Below, piece by piece: positions 49,618-62,280 of a DNA stretch of 64,000 bases. Positions within the stretch are counted from its first letter, which is position 1. Each line of letters starts with the position of its first letter. A model generated the notes under the pieces. It was not told where the DNA came from and searched no databases. It saw only the letters and a program-made list of their open reading frames with translations. Origin of the DNA: Pseudovirgaria hyperparasitica. Taxonomy: Eukaryota. Position numbers and translations under genes: made by a program. The stretch lies in the NCBI GenBank assembly GCA_010093815.1, contig ML996571.1; one strand, 5' to 3'.

Positions 49618-51059
49618 TCATTGTACATAGGCTTTCAACACTGCCGCTTCACCAATATCTCCACCAAACCTCATCCTCACACCCAAAAATGCGCCCAAAA
49701 CGGCATTGCCCAGAAACAGCGGCATCTTCAGATCCTGCGCCGCACCCACAACCTCTGCCAAATCTGTCACTACGGTATCAAGGTTGTGCGTGCATACGCC
49801 CATCCAATTCTTTTCATTTCCACTCAACCCTCTGATCATCAGCTTCCCCACATCACGTAAACTGTGACTGCCACCGGCGGCATCAACGGCCAAGCCGTAA
49901 AGCTGGTCTAAAGGGATGCCGAGATGGCGTGCGAACGAGAGTGCTTCGGCGGCGGCGAGGAGGTGTATATTTGTGAGGAGGGTAATTACGAGGTTGGTGC
50001 GCTTATTCACTTCGTCTTCGCTCAGCCATGATTGCGGAGTTTGAGAAAGGGAAGTGTTGTGGTAGATGCGTAGCACGCCGGCGTCGTCGTGAGGTCCATA
50101 CCCCTGATTCAGTGCGGAGAAGTAGACTTGTTCGGCGAGGGAGCTGAGTGGGACTGGAAATGTAGTGGCTCGAGCTTGTGATGTAACAATACACTGGAGA
50201 CGTGGTAGTCAGATAGGGGTAAAGAGTGAAAAGGAAGGGGTACATACGACATCTTTGAGGATAATTGTCAACGCACTAACACCAGGATAGTAATCTTCGT
50301 TCAACATCCTGGTCGTCCGATTCTCCCACATCCAACTCCATGCCGCACTCCCGTTCACCCTCTCTACCACTATTCTCGGATCTAGGCCCAGCTTCACAGC
50401 CAATCCCATGCCTTCGCTCGCGGCCAGTATGTGGATTGCGGCAAGTACTTGGTGCACCATCTTCATGTTGCTGCCCTGACCGATGCCACCGTCAACGATA
50501 AAGAGCTTGTTCTCGCCGGACATCTCTTTGAGGAGCCACTGTCCTTTGGCAATTGCTTCAGGCGATGCACCAGCCATAATTGTTAAAGTGCCATTGACCG
50601 CGCGCGCGGCACCACCGGAGACCGGACAGTCGATTAAAGAGATGTCGGAACGACCTAGTTGTTGCAGTTGCTGTGCGACGGATTGAGCGTATGTTGCCGG
50701 GACAGTGGAACAGAGAAGGAGAGTTGCTCCATTCGGTAGACCTTCCAAGTACATCAGCGTCGCAACATCATAAGTTCTGCCACATTACACTGACCTTTGA
50801 TGATGGGTTTTGCGTCGTCGAAAATAGCAGATTGTGCTTGTTGTGCGGTTGCTACCATGCAGATATAGAAGTCGTTTCCTTCTGCAGACTCTTGTAGTGT
50901 TGCTACTGGGACTCCACCAGCTTGTTCGAAGCGATCTAAAGATGCTTGGGATATATCAAAGCCTTTCACTATATATCCCCGTTCCACGAAATGTGTGGCC
51001 ATGCCAAAGCCCATAGCTCCTAGCCCACAAAAGCCTATCGACGGCTTGGTAGTAGACAT
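49618..51059 (-). CDS. NAD-dependent 3-hydroxyisobutyrate / L-threonate dehydrogenase-like protein with duplicated C-terminal helical domain; introns 50742-50794, 50194-50247
   Basis: IGFCGLGAMGFGMA, DCPVSGG, GSNMKMVHQVLAAIHI, IILKDV; second helical repeat LLTNIHLLAAAEAL. Confidence 0.92.
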
Positions 51060-51205
51060 TATCAATCAATAGGCCAAGCTTGTAAGCAATTGTTGAACTC
51101 CATGGTGGATGAGAGCATTGAGCCATTATGTACCTGGCCTCACAGTGTGATCGTAATAGTCGCAGTAAGTACCTCACGATTACACACCGGATAGAAAGCC
51201 GCGCT

Positions 51206-51257
51206 GCGGGGATATGTGGACCATTTAGCCAAAAGCGGGGCAGGTAGTTATCCCCAC
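51206..51257. promoter_or_regulatory. Cluster of three CreA/Cre1-type SYGGRG sites in a divergent promoter
   Basis: GCGGGG 51206-11, GCGGGG 51235-40, CCCCAC 51252-57 (GTGGGG on minus strand). Confidence 0.5.
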
Positions 51258-51520
51258 ATTCCATTTAAAGGGAAGTCGAACTGATTAGTCATAGGTTGAA
51301 CTCTCGTCCATGGATGATTTATCTGGTGCTTACGAGCCCAGGGTAAGCCGTGACCGTTCACCCTGTCAGGGGTCCACCACAGCACCTCGGAGAAGTCGCC
51401 GATGGGCCACTAAAGTTTATGCTTGCTTATGATAAATAGATCTGTTCTCCGGTGGGCAGAATGAGCATTCACGACTCTGACGCCATCAATTGGTCCGAAA
51501 CTGAGATAATCGAAATCAAC

Positions 51521-52387
51521 ATGGTGAATCCCGGTATGAAGCATAATCGCGCGCTCAAGATCCTCAACGATGCCGCGGCTGGTGGATACGGCATACCATC
51601 CATGTGTTGCTACAACGTCGAAGGAATCATCGCGACCATTCGGGCCGCCGAAGCGAAACGCTCTCCGGCTATGATCCTATTGTTTCCATGGGCAGTACAA
51701 TACGCAGACTCTTTACTTGTCCATCTCGCCGCTGAAGCATGTTCGAAAGCCAAGGTCCCTGTTACGTTACACATGGACCATGCGCAAGATCCAGAGATGA
51801 TCAAACGAGCGGCTGATATGGGTGGTTTTGATAGCATCATGGTCGACATGAGCCATTACGACAAGGAGGAGAATCTGAGGTTGACGCATGAATTGACCGA
51901 GTACTGTCATGCACGAGGGATCGCCACGGAAGCTGAGCCAGGTCGAATCGAAGGGGGCGAGGATGGTGTGAGCGATACGGCAGACCTTGAGGGAGTCTTA
52001 ACGACACCAGAAGAAGCGAGAGAGTTCGTCGATACTGGAATCGATTGGTTAGCCCCGGCATTTGGCAACGTCCACGGCTCGTATGGACCGCGTGGAATTC
52101 AGCTCGAGTACGAAAGGCTGGACGGTATCAACAAAGAGGTTGGCAAAGAAGTTCGATTAGCCCTTCATGGAGCCGATCCCTTCACCATGGAAATTTTCCA
52201 AAGGTGTATCGGTCATGGGATTTCGAAGATCAACATAAATAAGGTAATGAACAATGAGGTAATGAACGTGTGGAAGGAGAAAGCCGGCACGGCGCCACTC
52301 ACGAGTGTGATAGAAGAAGGTACTAATAATATGCAAAAGGCCGTCGAGAGGTGTATGGACATGCTCGGATCGACTGGAAAAGCTTGA
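51521..52387 (+). CDS. Class II ketose-bisphosphate aldolase (GatY/tagatose type, not the glycolytic Fba1 type), intronless
   Basis: LHMDHA, SIMVDMS, EAEPGRIEGGEDG, AFGNVHG, LALHGA, KININK. Confidence 0.94.
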   Translation: MVNPGMKHNRALKILNDAAAGGYGIPSMCCYNVEGIIATIRAAEAKRSPAMILLFPWAVQYADSLLVHLAAEACSKAKVPVTLHMDHAQDPEMIKRAADMGGFDSIMVDMSHYDKEENLRLTHELTEYCHARGIATEAEPGRIEGGEDGVSDTADLEGVLTTPEEAREFVDTGIDWLAPAFGNVHGSYGPRGIQLEYERLDGINKEVGKEVRLALHGADPFTMEIFQRCIGHGISKININKVMNNEVMNVWKEKAGTAPLTSVIEEGTNNMQKAVERCMDMLGSTGKA

Positions 52388-52658
52388 GGGACAAAACGCA
52401 TGGTATGGTGCGGGCCTGAGTACAAAGAAGATTTGATATCATGGCAATTTTAGGGTCTAGAACTGGTATTCAACTGAAATGCAATGTTTGTCTGAGATCG
52501 GTTTGAAAGGGTCGACGTTCGTAGCTAATACCCGTACGGGAGTAAGGTAAATGACGCCACGCAAAACAACAACCTAAAAGCGCGACCAAAGCTGATGAGT
52601 GGGACCCTAGAGAAATAGACACATGTAAAATGAATTGTAGGGCACAGCGTTCCTTCAA

Positions 52659-53258
52659 TCAACCATGGCGGCGCTTCTTCGATGCGCCTCCTGATGATGC
52701 CTCAATCATGCCGGTCAGTCCGTCGTAGTCGACCGTCTCGATGCCGTTCTTCTCGATAGCATCCAGCTTTTTCTGGCCTGCATCGATGCCCAGTACGACC
52801 AAGTTGACGGCCTTTGTGATGGAACTGACAGTTGATCCACCATGCTCCTGAATGACAGTCTGGATTTGTGTGCGTGTATAGCCTTCGATCGTGCCCGTGA
52901 CGCAGACAACCTTGCCACTCAATGCGTCCTTTGATCCTACTGGAGTTTCAACAGTAGGACCCGTAGCATTTGAGGGCTTCGCAGCTGCAGTAGTCTTCTT
53001 CGGTTTGGCTTCTGCGGTTTTCTTGGTGGAGGTAGTCCTCTTTGATGGGGCTACTTGCTGGAGCGGCCATATGTCCACAACGATCTTCGTTTCGCCAGTG
53101 ATTTCCAGGGATCCATCCTTGCGTTTCTTTGTCGAATCTGGTTTCTGGCCATCTTCGGCACTGAGTTCTTCGGCGCCAGAATTCGCGGCAGCGAGTGTAG
53201 AGTAGATGGAATTAATCTCACCATCTGCCATGACGACATATACGCTGCCTCCGGCCAT
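52659..53258 (-). CDS. Small stand-alone BRCT-domain protein (RFC1/NAD-ligase type BRCT)
   Basis: LSGKVVCVTGTIEGYTR..EHGGSTVSSITKAVNLVVLG..GQKK; basic C-terminal KKRRH. Confidence 0.88.
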   Translation of the reverse strand: MAGGSVYVVMADGEINSIYSTLAAANSGAEELSAEDGQKPDSTKKRKDGSLEITGETKIVVDIWPLQQVAPSKRTTSTKKTAEAKPKKTTAAAKPSNATGPTVETPVGSKDALSGKVVCVTGTIEGYTRTQIQTVIQEHGGSTVSSITKAVNLVVLGIDAGQKKLDAIEKNGIETVDYDGLTGMIEASSGGASKKRRHG

Positions 53259-53994
53259 CGTGATAGTCTATTTGGTACTAGTGCTGGGAGCCCGAGAAAG
53301 GTCGTTGTGCAGGCAACTGACAGACGCTTGACTCTTGAGACCTGAGCGAAAGAAGGGATGAGAGATACCAAACGACAGAGCAAAGAAGATGTGTTGGCTT
53401 TATGTAACTCTACTACGCGTTCTGCGCGTAAGATTCTAAAGGTTTGCTGCCTGGAGCACGCGCTCACGTGTCAGGCGACCAGGTAACTGCTGACTGATTG
53501 CAGCCTTTCGTTCATCAAGCATGATGGACTGAATCCTACAAGAATCTTAATCTTCTGAAAGAAAGATAGACGTCTCTTCCCATGCCATCGAAAATTCCTG
53601 TCAATCGCAGCGACATGATGCGCCTCCGAGTCTAGACTGTGAACGCGATTTGACAATTCGAACACTGTACCAATGTATCTACTCAAATCATCATGTCCGC
53701 TATCTCAAAGCCTGTGCAGCGATCGGAAGAGGTGATTCGTTACTCGACTCTCGGAAACTAATTAGCGTATGCTATCCTGTGTGTGGTTGTGCCGAGGAGC
53801 AGTTCGTTCAAGCGCAAGCGCGAATCGTATCCACAGCTAGCTAAACATGACGTCGCTCTACGCCATAATGTAGAGTAGATATAAACCCTTCGCGCCCATT
53901 GATTTATGTCGATTCGCCTATAGCTTTCATCCGAAACTTGGGTGTATAAAAATCAAACTCCGACGTCCAAACTCAAACCCTCAGATTTATCGCT

Positions 53995-54653
53995 ATGGCA
54001 GCCTCTATTCTTGATACAACTCGTAATCTTGTAAGTACTCAGTCTTTTCAAGGCAGTGAGCTCCAATTGGACCCCTAACTAATTTTCCAGTCTCTATACA
54101 CCATACCAGCGGCGTGGGTTCTCAGTATTGCGCCGCATTTCTATGCTGCCAGTCTCGGAAAGTTTGATAACAAAGTATGTGGGAATCGAGCATGGAACTG
54201 TGGGGATCTATGTACTGATCACCTTCAAGCAACCTCGCACGTACACGAAGGATAGCGAGAGTGACCAGTCCATAGACAAGGCTACCAAGTCCACAATTAT
54301 CCGTGCTGAAGGCGCACAGCAGAACGGCTTCGAGAACATTGGTCTCTTTGCTGCTGCTGTTGTCATTGGAAATGTCGCGAAGTTGGACAACTACACTCTG
54401 AATATACTCAGCGGGAGCTACTTGGCCAGCCGTGTTGTGTACAACTTGGCGTACATCAATGGCACCACGGATACCATTGGTAAGTTTGGCTCACCTTCTG
54501 ATATGTTGCTTGTATTCCTTGGCACTTTAATTTGCAACTGCTGGCTAACAACCCCACGCAGCGACCTTGAGGACCGGAAGCTTTCTCACCGGTATCGGCA
54601 TCATCTGGACTTTATTCATCAAGAGTGGAAACATTCTCAAGAATCAATTGTAG
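53995..54653 (+). CDS. MAPEG family membrane protein; 3 introns
   Basis: Spliced NL|SLYTIPAAWVLSIAPH..IRAEGAQQNGFENIGLFAAAVV..YLASRVVYNLAY..LRTGSF..TLFIKSG. Confidence 0.88.
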
Positions 54654-54842
54654 GCTAACCAAGTGACTTTCTGACCGTGTATATAATGTGATCGTAAATG
54701 TGTTGTAGAGGAATGCGATGCAAAGTTTGGTGGGATGCTTCGTTCCACTCGTACTGGTCTGGCCTGGCAGAGACGATTTACTCATTGTGAGTGGCATTGT
54801 TATGTGTCAAGTATGCAGCGCCGGTGCTTATGATCCTTCTGA

Positions 54843-54913
54843 AATACGTCTATAATACATCCAAAATACATCTATAATGCATCTATAATACATCTACGCA
54901 CCATCTATGCACC
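54843..54913. repeat. Degenerate 11-bp minisatellite (AATACATCTAT-like, about 6 copies)
   Basis: aatacgtctat aatacatccaa aatacatctat aatgcatctat aatacatctac gcaccatctat. Confidence 0.8.
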
Positions 54914-55125
54914 CCGGTCCAATAGTGGCCTGAGAAACGTAGATATCTCATATCACTGCGGCCAGACCGAGTGCGGACATAGGTGGTACATATATGCGAC
55001 ATTAATGACTGCGGCTTGGGCAGACATGATTGTTTAAGGATCGGGAAATGATGTTTCTGTGGAAGTTTGGTAGATGGAAGAGTGAAAACAGATTTGTTTT
55101 CTATTCACATGAGAGATTATTTGTA

Positions 55126-56333
55126 TCAATTTTTCGGTGGCGAGGCACTCCTAGAGATCATTGCGTAGTCAATACCGCTCAGGTGTCTTGCTATTTTACG
55201 TACACCCACAGGTAGAATGCCGTATAGACCAATCCAACGTGCGTATAGCGGGGCTGAGATGTCACCGCTTTCACCGGCATCGACTAACTTGATAATTTCC
55301 TTTGCGATCTCTACAGGCTCAACAATGGGCGCTAGAAAATTGGACGGAGTTCTTACACCCGCAAACAGGGATGTCGACAATTGCCCCGGGCAGCACAGTA
55401 TAGTGCGTATCCATGGAGCAGATTCGTGGGTCGACAACTCGAGTTCAGCTTTGAGAGATGCATGTAGAGCGTTCAGAGCAGCTTTGGAAGCGGTATAGTC
55501 AGCTGGAAGGATTAGCATATCGAAATTCAGCCCAGAACAGTCCTGCTCACATAAATTCGCTGCACCAAGGTTTCCCAGAACACTAGAAACAGTGACAATT
55601 GTGCCGCGTCCTTCGTTCAACATGCCCGGCAAGAAGGTCTTGATTGTGTAGAAATGTGAGAGGAGGTTTGTACGCATAGTCCGCTCCACATCTTCGAAAG
55701 ATAGATCCAAAAGCGATTTGCCATTCATGACGCCAGCGTTGTTGATCAAAATGGTCGGCGTTCCAAGCTGCAATCAATTTCAGCTTGCTGCTGCTGTTAC
55801 TTTGCTTGAGTATGCTGTAGACTTACATCCTGTTCGATCTGCTTTGCCGTATCCTGTATCTGCTCACGACTTCCAACGTCACATTTGTAGTATGCAATTC
55901 CCTTTGCCTCCGCCTCTTTTCCATCTTGCACATCCAAAATTGCCACACTCGCGCCTCGCATACCATATACCTCCGCGATAAGCTGTCCCAGTCCACTACC
56001 ACCGCCTGTAATGACGATTACCTCATCCGAGAGATCGACATCGCGTGGCAGACCGTGGGCAACTCTCTTGTTGACAACGCCAAGTATCCATAGTATTGTG
56101 ATGAGTGTTGCATAAGCGATTGCGACTTTCATGGAAGTGAAATGGTACGGCGTCAACTGCGCTCTCATTGAGAGAGGCACCATCCACGCAATGAAGGGAT
56201 GTAGGAGAGACCTCTGCAGTACCGTATTGATTGTATCGATGGTCATATAATGCTGCCATGGCTTGTCGGGGGCAGTTTCGCGAAATTTGGGGGTTGCAAT
56301 TACGCGCTCTAATCGAGGGACGTCCGTCGTCAT
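55126..56333 (-). CDS. Membrane-anchored SDR (Tda5/DHRS3/17beta-HSD11-like); 2 introns
   Basis: N-terminal TM segments; VITGGGSGLG, LINNAG, VTVSSVLG, YTASKAA. Confidence 0.9.
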
Positions 56334-57029
56334 TGTGTAGTATATTGGAAGCCGGATTTACTGTGAGGTGAGTCGAAAGGACAGTGAAGCCCTGCGCGAT
56401 AAGGACTAAGGCGGTATACAGCTAAATATGATGTATGTTGGGTTGCCACAGATCAGGAGGTCTCGAGCGAGTCTCAGGCACGTCTCACGTTTGGTCTTGG
56501 TACAGAACGAAATTCGTCGGGTTTGCTATGAAAAGATTATGGATTTACAATGCTATATTAGGGATTCGTGAGATCAAGAGTAAAACATGTTGATACAATT
56601 GCGGTGTTTGCATTTGCCGTGGAACGATCACGGTGCGCGCAAGCAATTCCAGTGTTTGTCCAAGTGGTCCTGTCGGCCGGATTTTCGTGACCAGCAGATT
56701 GTGTCTAAGGAGCCAACATGATTTGGCATCTAAGGAGGCGGGCCTCGCTGCTCCTTAACAACGCGGAGCCCTTACCCCATCCCATGTCATGCACCTGTTG
56801 GCCGAGCTCTAAAGATGTTTGATCCAACGAATATTCCGACCTCACCAAAAGAGGATATTACCAGCATACAGCGTGATTCAAAGCAATCTTGTGCTACGAC
56901 CAGTATAGTGCGGTTATCCGCAGTAACCCTGCTTTCGGTGCGGCCAACATCTGTGGAGCACCTCTTTCACTGTTACCCATCCCATCACAACGAACGGCCC
57001 TTTACCTACAACCGTATTCTGCAATAACA

Positions 57030-58670
57030 ATGGCGCGAGTACAAAGCCTCTCGCCTCAGGCATCGGACTATCAGGGCCGGCCAAACTCTCCTCAACACAT
57101 CTCGAAGCGAGACAAAAGACGCAACATGCTTTCCGAAAAGCTTGTCGATATGGTCACTTCGTTCGCCGACAACCGTGACGCTCATTACCGCGCTCAAGCG
57201 ACAGCTTTGCAAGCTGACCTCAGCTTAATCCTCAAAGCAGACCCATATTCAAATAAGCCACTAGAAGACAACGGCTACGACGTCGCAGAGGTTGCTGCCA
57301 ACGTCACCGGCGGTCAGTCGACAGCTGCACCCAGCCCACATGGCGATTTCGCAGCACAAGTTGGACGGTATTATTCAAAGTTTGTGGACCAAGTGAACGA
57401 TTCGCTTGAAGAGCGTGATGTTGGCTTAACACTCTTACACGTGAGCAACTCAATTCCGCTCTATCTTCGTACACGAGAGCTAATTTGATTGCAGAAAAAA
57501 TATGAGAACCAACTCAACGACATCGAAAAGCTACACGAATACCGCACAAAACTCGCGGTAGAGGAACATAAAGCTCTGAAGGGCACCCTGCGTGAAAGAC
57601 TCATCCAGCAGCTGAATCAGAAGAGATCGCGATTACTTCGAGAAAAGGAACAACTGGATATCGCTGACAGCAACGCCCAGCTCCTTCACCCAAATCAGTT
57701 CACAACTGCACATTCTTCAAGCCCTGGTGGGCCGCAGGGACCAAGAAAAACTCGAAACACAAGACAGCGTGTTGGTGGTGATACAGAAGATGTAGCTGCG
57801 ACAGCAACAGACAATCGGCGCAAGCGAAAGGCAGCTACATACGAAGAAGAAAACGACTCGCCTGGACCAAGTGGACGCAATGTTGACATTGGTACTGGAT
57901 CGCCATTCCGCGATGCCAAAGCGAAGACGGTTTACACCCAGTTCGAAGCACCTGTATACTCGATCGACCGACTCTTTACCGAGAAAGAATTAAGCCTCAG
58001 CAGAAATCATGCCGAGCACGCCACCATCAACTTCTTCCGCAAGCCTAAGGTTCCAGACTCCCGAGAAAATGAAGCTGTGACGAACGGGGTCAACGGTGAC
58101 CACGCGGATGATGAGTCGCACACAGCGATGCTGGAAACTGATCAAGATGACGACGGAAATGCGCAGGACATGATTCGTACAGGCAGCTATCATGCCACAA
58201 GAGGAGCAGCACGCAATGCTCTGGGCGATTACGACAGCCTTACAGAACGTCTCTTCCGCATACCATCATCAGGTCCGGTGTTTTTGACTGCATCATTCTC
58301 AAATATGATTAACAAGCCAAATGCTACGGCGCCACCTCCGCCAGCATTGTTGCCCGGAGACGTGGACGCAGACCTCGCGTTGATGACGCGCGATATCGAT
58401 CCAGGCAACCCTCTTCTGGAGAAAGTTTTGCAGCATTCTGTGAGACCACTACGGACTCGCGAATATCAATACCCGGTGCGACCAGGCGACATCAATGAGG
58501 GGCCGATGCCAATACCGAATCACTTGTACGGTGGAGAACCCATGAGTGCGCAGACTAGTCTTGGTGGGCTCAGCGATGTAGGGCCGTCGGCACTTCGTGG
58601 AGGATCGCGACGAGCAAATCACCTCGAGGTTACGAGCTACACGCCCGAGCGATTCCTGAGTCGACAATGA
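57030..58670 (+). CDS. SDS3: Sin3/Rpd3L HDAC complex subunit Sds3-like; intron 57441-57494
   Basis: SKRDKRRNML..FADNRDAHYRAQ..LQAD; coiled coil TLRERLIQ..RLLREKEQLDIADSN. Confidence 0.85.
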
Positions 58671-60459
58671 GCGTTGAGTCTGATGTGTACGGAGATCAAC
58701 CTAGACTAATATTACGGCATTCAAGTGCAGCAGGCATATGCATCTGCAAAGGAGTTTAACGGTGCTGGAGCAACATGGGATGTATTATTTGGCGCATAAC
58801 GGAGACTTTACATATCAGGGCCAACATAGAACAGGTTGCGACAGGAGGGAATATTTCCAAGGACATCCACAGCGATGGACCGGAGCTCCCACTAGACATG
58901 TAAACACCAGCAGAGGACAAATATCACGAGCATAGCATAGTGATCGCAGATGGTGACCATATCTACACCCATGCAGTGAAAACTCTGCCCTCTATGATTA
59001 CGTTACATGCATTCACCGACTTTACCCCCAAGCCGTCTGCGCCCGGTATTACGGTGGCGTGGATAACCTTTGAAGCCCGACTTACATGTTGCGCTCGTTG
59101 CGCTCGCAGTCAAGTTCTAATCAATTAACAGATGAGCTAGATCGGTATGAAAATGACGCGGTGCTCTCCTTGGATATATGTAACCAATAACTACCCAGCT
59201 AAGTACCCAAGAACCAAAAGAATCGATAAAAGAAGCTCCTGTTCGATCATCTATCGATCATCGGATGACTGCGCGCATTCTTTTTCATGTCACTCGTTCT
59301 TGCGCTGTGGGCGCAATTAACCTCATCCCGGCCGTTGCCCTCTCTGTCTGTCTTTCCCTACCCACGTGTGCGTACTAATGCATCATCTTGAAGCGGCGAG
59401 GAAGACTGCGGTGGCATTCAGGTGAATGGGATACTTGCATGACTCGTTACGTCCCGGCAATGCTCTGTGCATAAAAGACTCCATACCCGCCTCACGAGTC
59501 AAATATCAAGATATGCTATCGTTCTCTGGCTGTGGCGTCCAGCCTTCAGCCGATTCCTGAGCTATTCCATCACCGTTGTTGTGTTTGTGTCAACATTCCC
59601 ATTTTGGCCGTCTCGCTCCTCTTCATCCACGATCTGTATTGTATCATTATAGTTTTCTTAAGTGCCATACACTCATGATTGATGCTTATCATTGTTTATC
59701 TCTCTGGTTTTGTAAAGAGGTACAACGGGTACTACAATGGACAAACTTTGGAATTCGTAGATTGACATATACATACACATGCGTTCGCAACCCCATCCTG
59801 AATGCGCATGGGACAGGAAGACAGGAGAAGATGTCCCTCTGTATGCCGTGGGGGCTATTATTGCAGAGACATTCATAGAGTGGTCCGATGTGCATACTCT
59901 GCGACGTACATAACTTTTCTACTACTACGTGGTTTCTATTTATAACCTCTGGGTACCTGTGTGAGTGCAGCACATGGCACTACTTGCGGCGCTAGAGCCA
60001 TCTTTAGTGGACAGATTGTAGTACTAATTAATTAGGGTTTAGACGTACTAGTGGATCAGTGTGTATCAAGTCGGGATGGTACGGGAGATAGATATGAAAA
60101 TGCCTCAACGCTCATGCTTCGAATGAAGAAAAGAGTACAATGATGAAGATTGAGATTTCTACTCATTTCTCCCCAGAGCTATACATGTGCCATGAGCGTG
60201 TTGTGTGTGAAAGCTAGGCGATTTAGAGGAACTTATCAACTGGTTATGGTAATGATATAGCTCAAGTAGGCACGGTGTGTCCAATACCACTGGAACTCAT
60301 CAGCGATGTCACTTACAGGGGCTTGTATCAGGAGTTCTTTCTGTGACACTGAACCCCACCTGACTGGAAGGGTATATATACAGATGCCAAGGGGTTTGCA
60401 ACGGTCAATTGACTCCGCATGCGCTCTCCCTGGATCCGGAGAAACGCAGTTCAGCCTTC

Positions 60460-62067
60460 ATGTCGCCGTCGACGCGAGGTGCAGTATGGCTCACGCTCCT
60501 TACAACATTCACGTTCTTTACATACCTGACTACGGCGTACAATCCAAGCCTTTGGCCTGAGCATTACACATACGGATTCCACGAGTCATGCGATCCCTTT
60601 CCCTACGTGGAGGATGCCGTGGATGAAGCCATCAGAATGGCGGACGTTAGTGGCGAACACTTTCGACGTATACTTGGGGACCAGGATATGAATTCGGCGT
60701 TCAAGCGCGTGTTCAGGGCCAGAGACTGGTTACTGCCGAGAGACAAGTACGGGCTCAGAGACACGACATGGAAGATCTACAAAATAATCGCGAACATGCG
60801 GCCCTATGGCGGCAGAAGGTGGTGGGATGCGCATATCCACATCTACTGCGACAACGACAAGCGCTGGGAGCTAATGCCGGACCGCGGTGAGCAACCAGAA
60901 CTCTCCGGGGAAATAAACAGTGACCTAGGGCAGCAGCTCAGTCACATTTCTAAGTCCCGGGCCAAGAAATACTCCACGAGCAACATAGAGATGCAGATAG
61001 TGACGCCCAACAGTAAACGTCCCATCGATGACCAAATCTGGGAGGACAAGATGAGCAGTGTGTTTGCGATCGGTCTGCCGGAATGCCGCGACCCGGTTTT
61101 CGAAGAAGAAGAAGGAGGGTATGCCGCGGCGATGTACAATCAAGTGAGGCCAGCGCCGCCATATCGACAAGTGACAACGGTGGCCACGATAAGTGTGTGT
61201 AATGCCCAATCAGCAGCTAGGGTAGCGACGATACGAGAACTGAGGCATGCCGGGTTTTTTAATCGTCACGAGGCTCTGATAGATGACATGGCCTATCTTT
61301 TGAGTTTTCATATTCTACATGAGCTTATGCGTATTCACCCAATGAACAGTAAGCTTACTCTATTATTACTAGACAGTTCTGTTTGCAGCGTGTAGCTAAA
61401 TCACACATCTAGGATTATTCAACGAATCTGCACAGGACTGGGGAGAAATCACCAAGTTAAATGCCACCGATGCATTAAGCAATGCGGCGAATTTAAGTAC
61501 GTCTACCCGCGGTCGTCGTTCGCCATTTGCTAATATGATGAAGCTTTCTTTGCCTTGCTAATGCGAATGCATGCCGTGGGGTGGGTGCTGAGTAGGGACG
61601 AGACAAGAGCCGAACTAGGTGTTCTGACTGGCCCTAACAACATAGAACGGCCAGAGTGGGTTATGCGTAATGCTCCTACTCCTCCTCCTCGTCCTCCCCC
61701 AAGATTTCAAAGATGGGTCGACGCATTAATGAGAGGAATTGGTAAAATTGGCCGTAAAGGGGGCTCGAGTGACTCAGGAAGCGCCTGGTCGGCAAGCAGT
61801 TCAGTGCGCGGTGGTGATGATGTTGATGATGACCCCTTCGCAAACCCAGGAATCGCCCCGCCGGCAGGCAGTTCAGGGAGACATAAGACGCCTACTAAAG
61901 ATTTGAAGGGTAAGGGTAAGGCGAAGGAGGAAGATGATGGAGGTAAGTTTGTCTTGGGAGATGATGATGATGATGAGGATAAGGTGGAGGTTATAAGTGA
62001 CAACCTGTATAATACTCGTGTTACGTATCCACCAGAGCAAGGAAGTAGTCGCCAGCCAATGATATAA
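60460..62067 (+). CDS. Secreted zincin/M35-like protein with degenerate zinc motif (HELMR); introns 61349-61412, 61497-61543
   Basis: Hydrophobic N-terminus; AVDEAIRMA, IYCDND, TISVC, ILHELMRI, then DALSNAANL|TFFA; P/G/S/D-rich tail. Confidence 0.7.
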
Positions 62068-62180
62068 GAAGACTTTCAGAGATACATCAGATAGTTCGCG
62101 TCATTCACGAGTTCGAAAAGAGTACTTGGGATATAATAGTAGACTTGAACTTGGGCAAAAAGACGTATAATAAATAGAAC

Positions 62181-62280
62181 TAATAATCATAATAAACATG
62201 ATCATAACCAGAGACATAAACATAAACATAATCGTAAACATGATCAAAATCATAATCAGAATCGTAATCATAATCATAAT
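62181..62280. repeat. Degenerate hexamer repeat (AATCAT/AAACAT)
   Basis: About 16 imperfect 6-nt units. Confidence 0.8.

Noticed and set aside
60030..60042. Telomere-like TTAGGG
   Set aside because: Single copy, expected by chance
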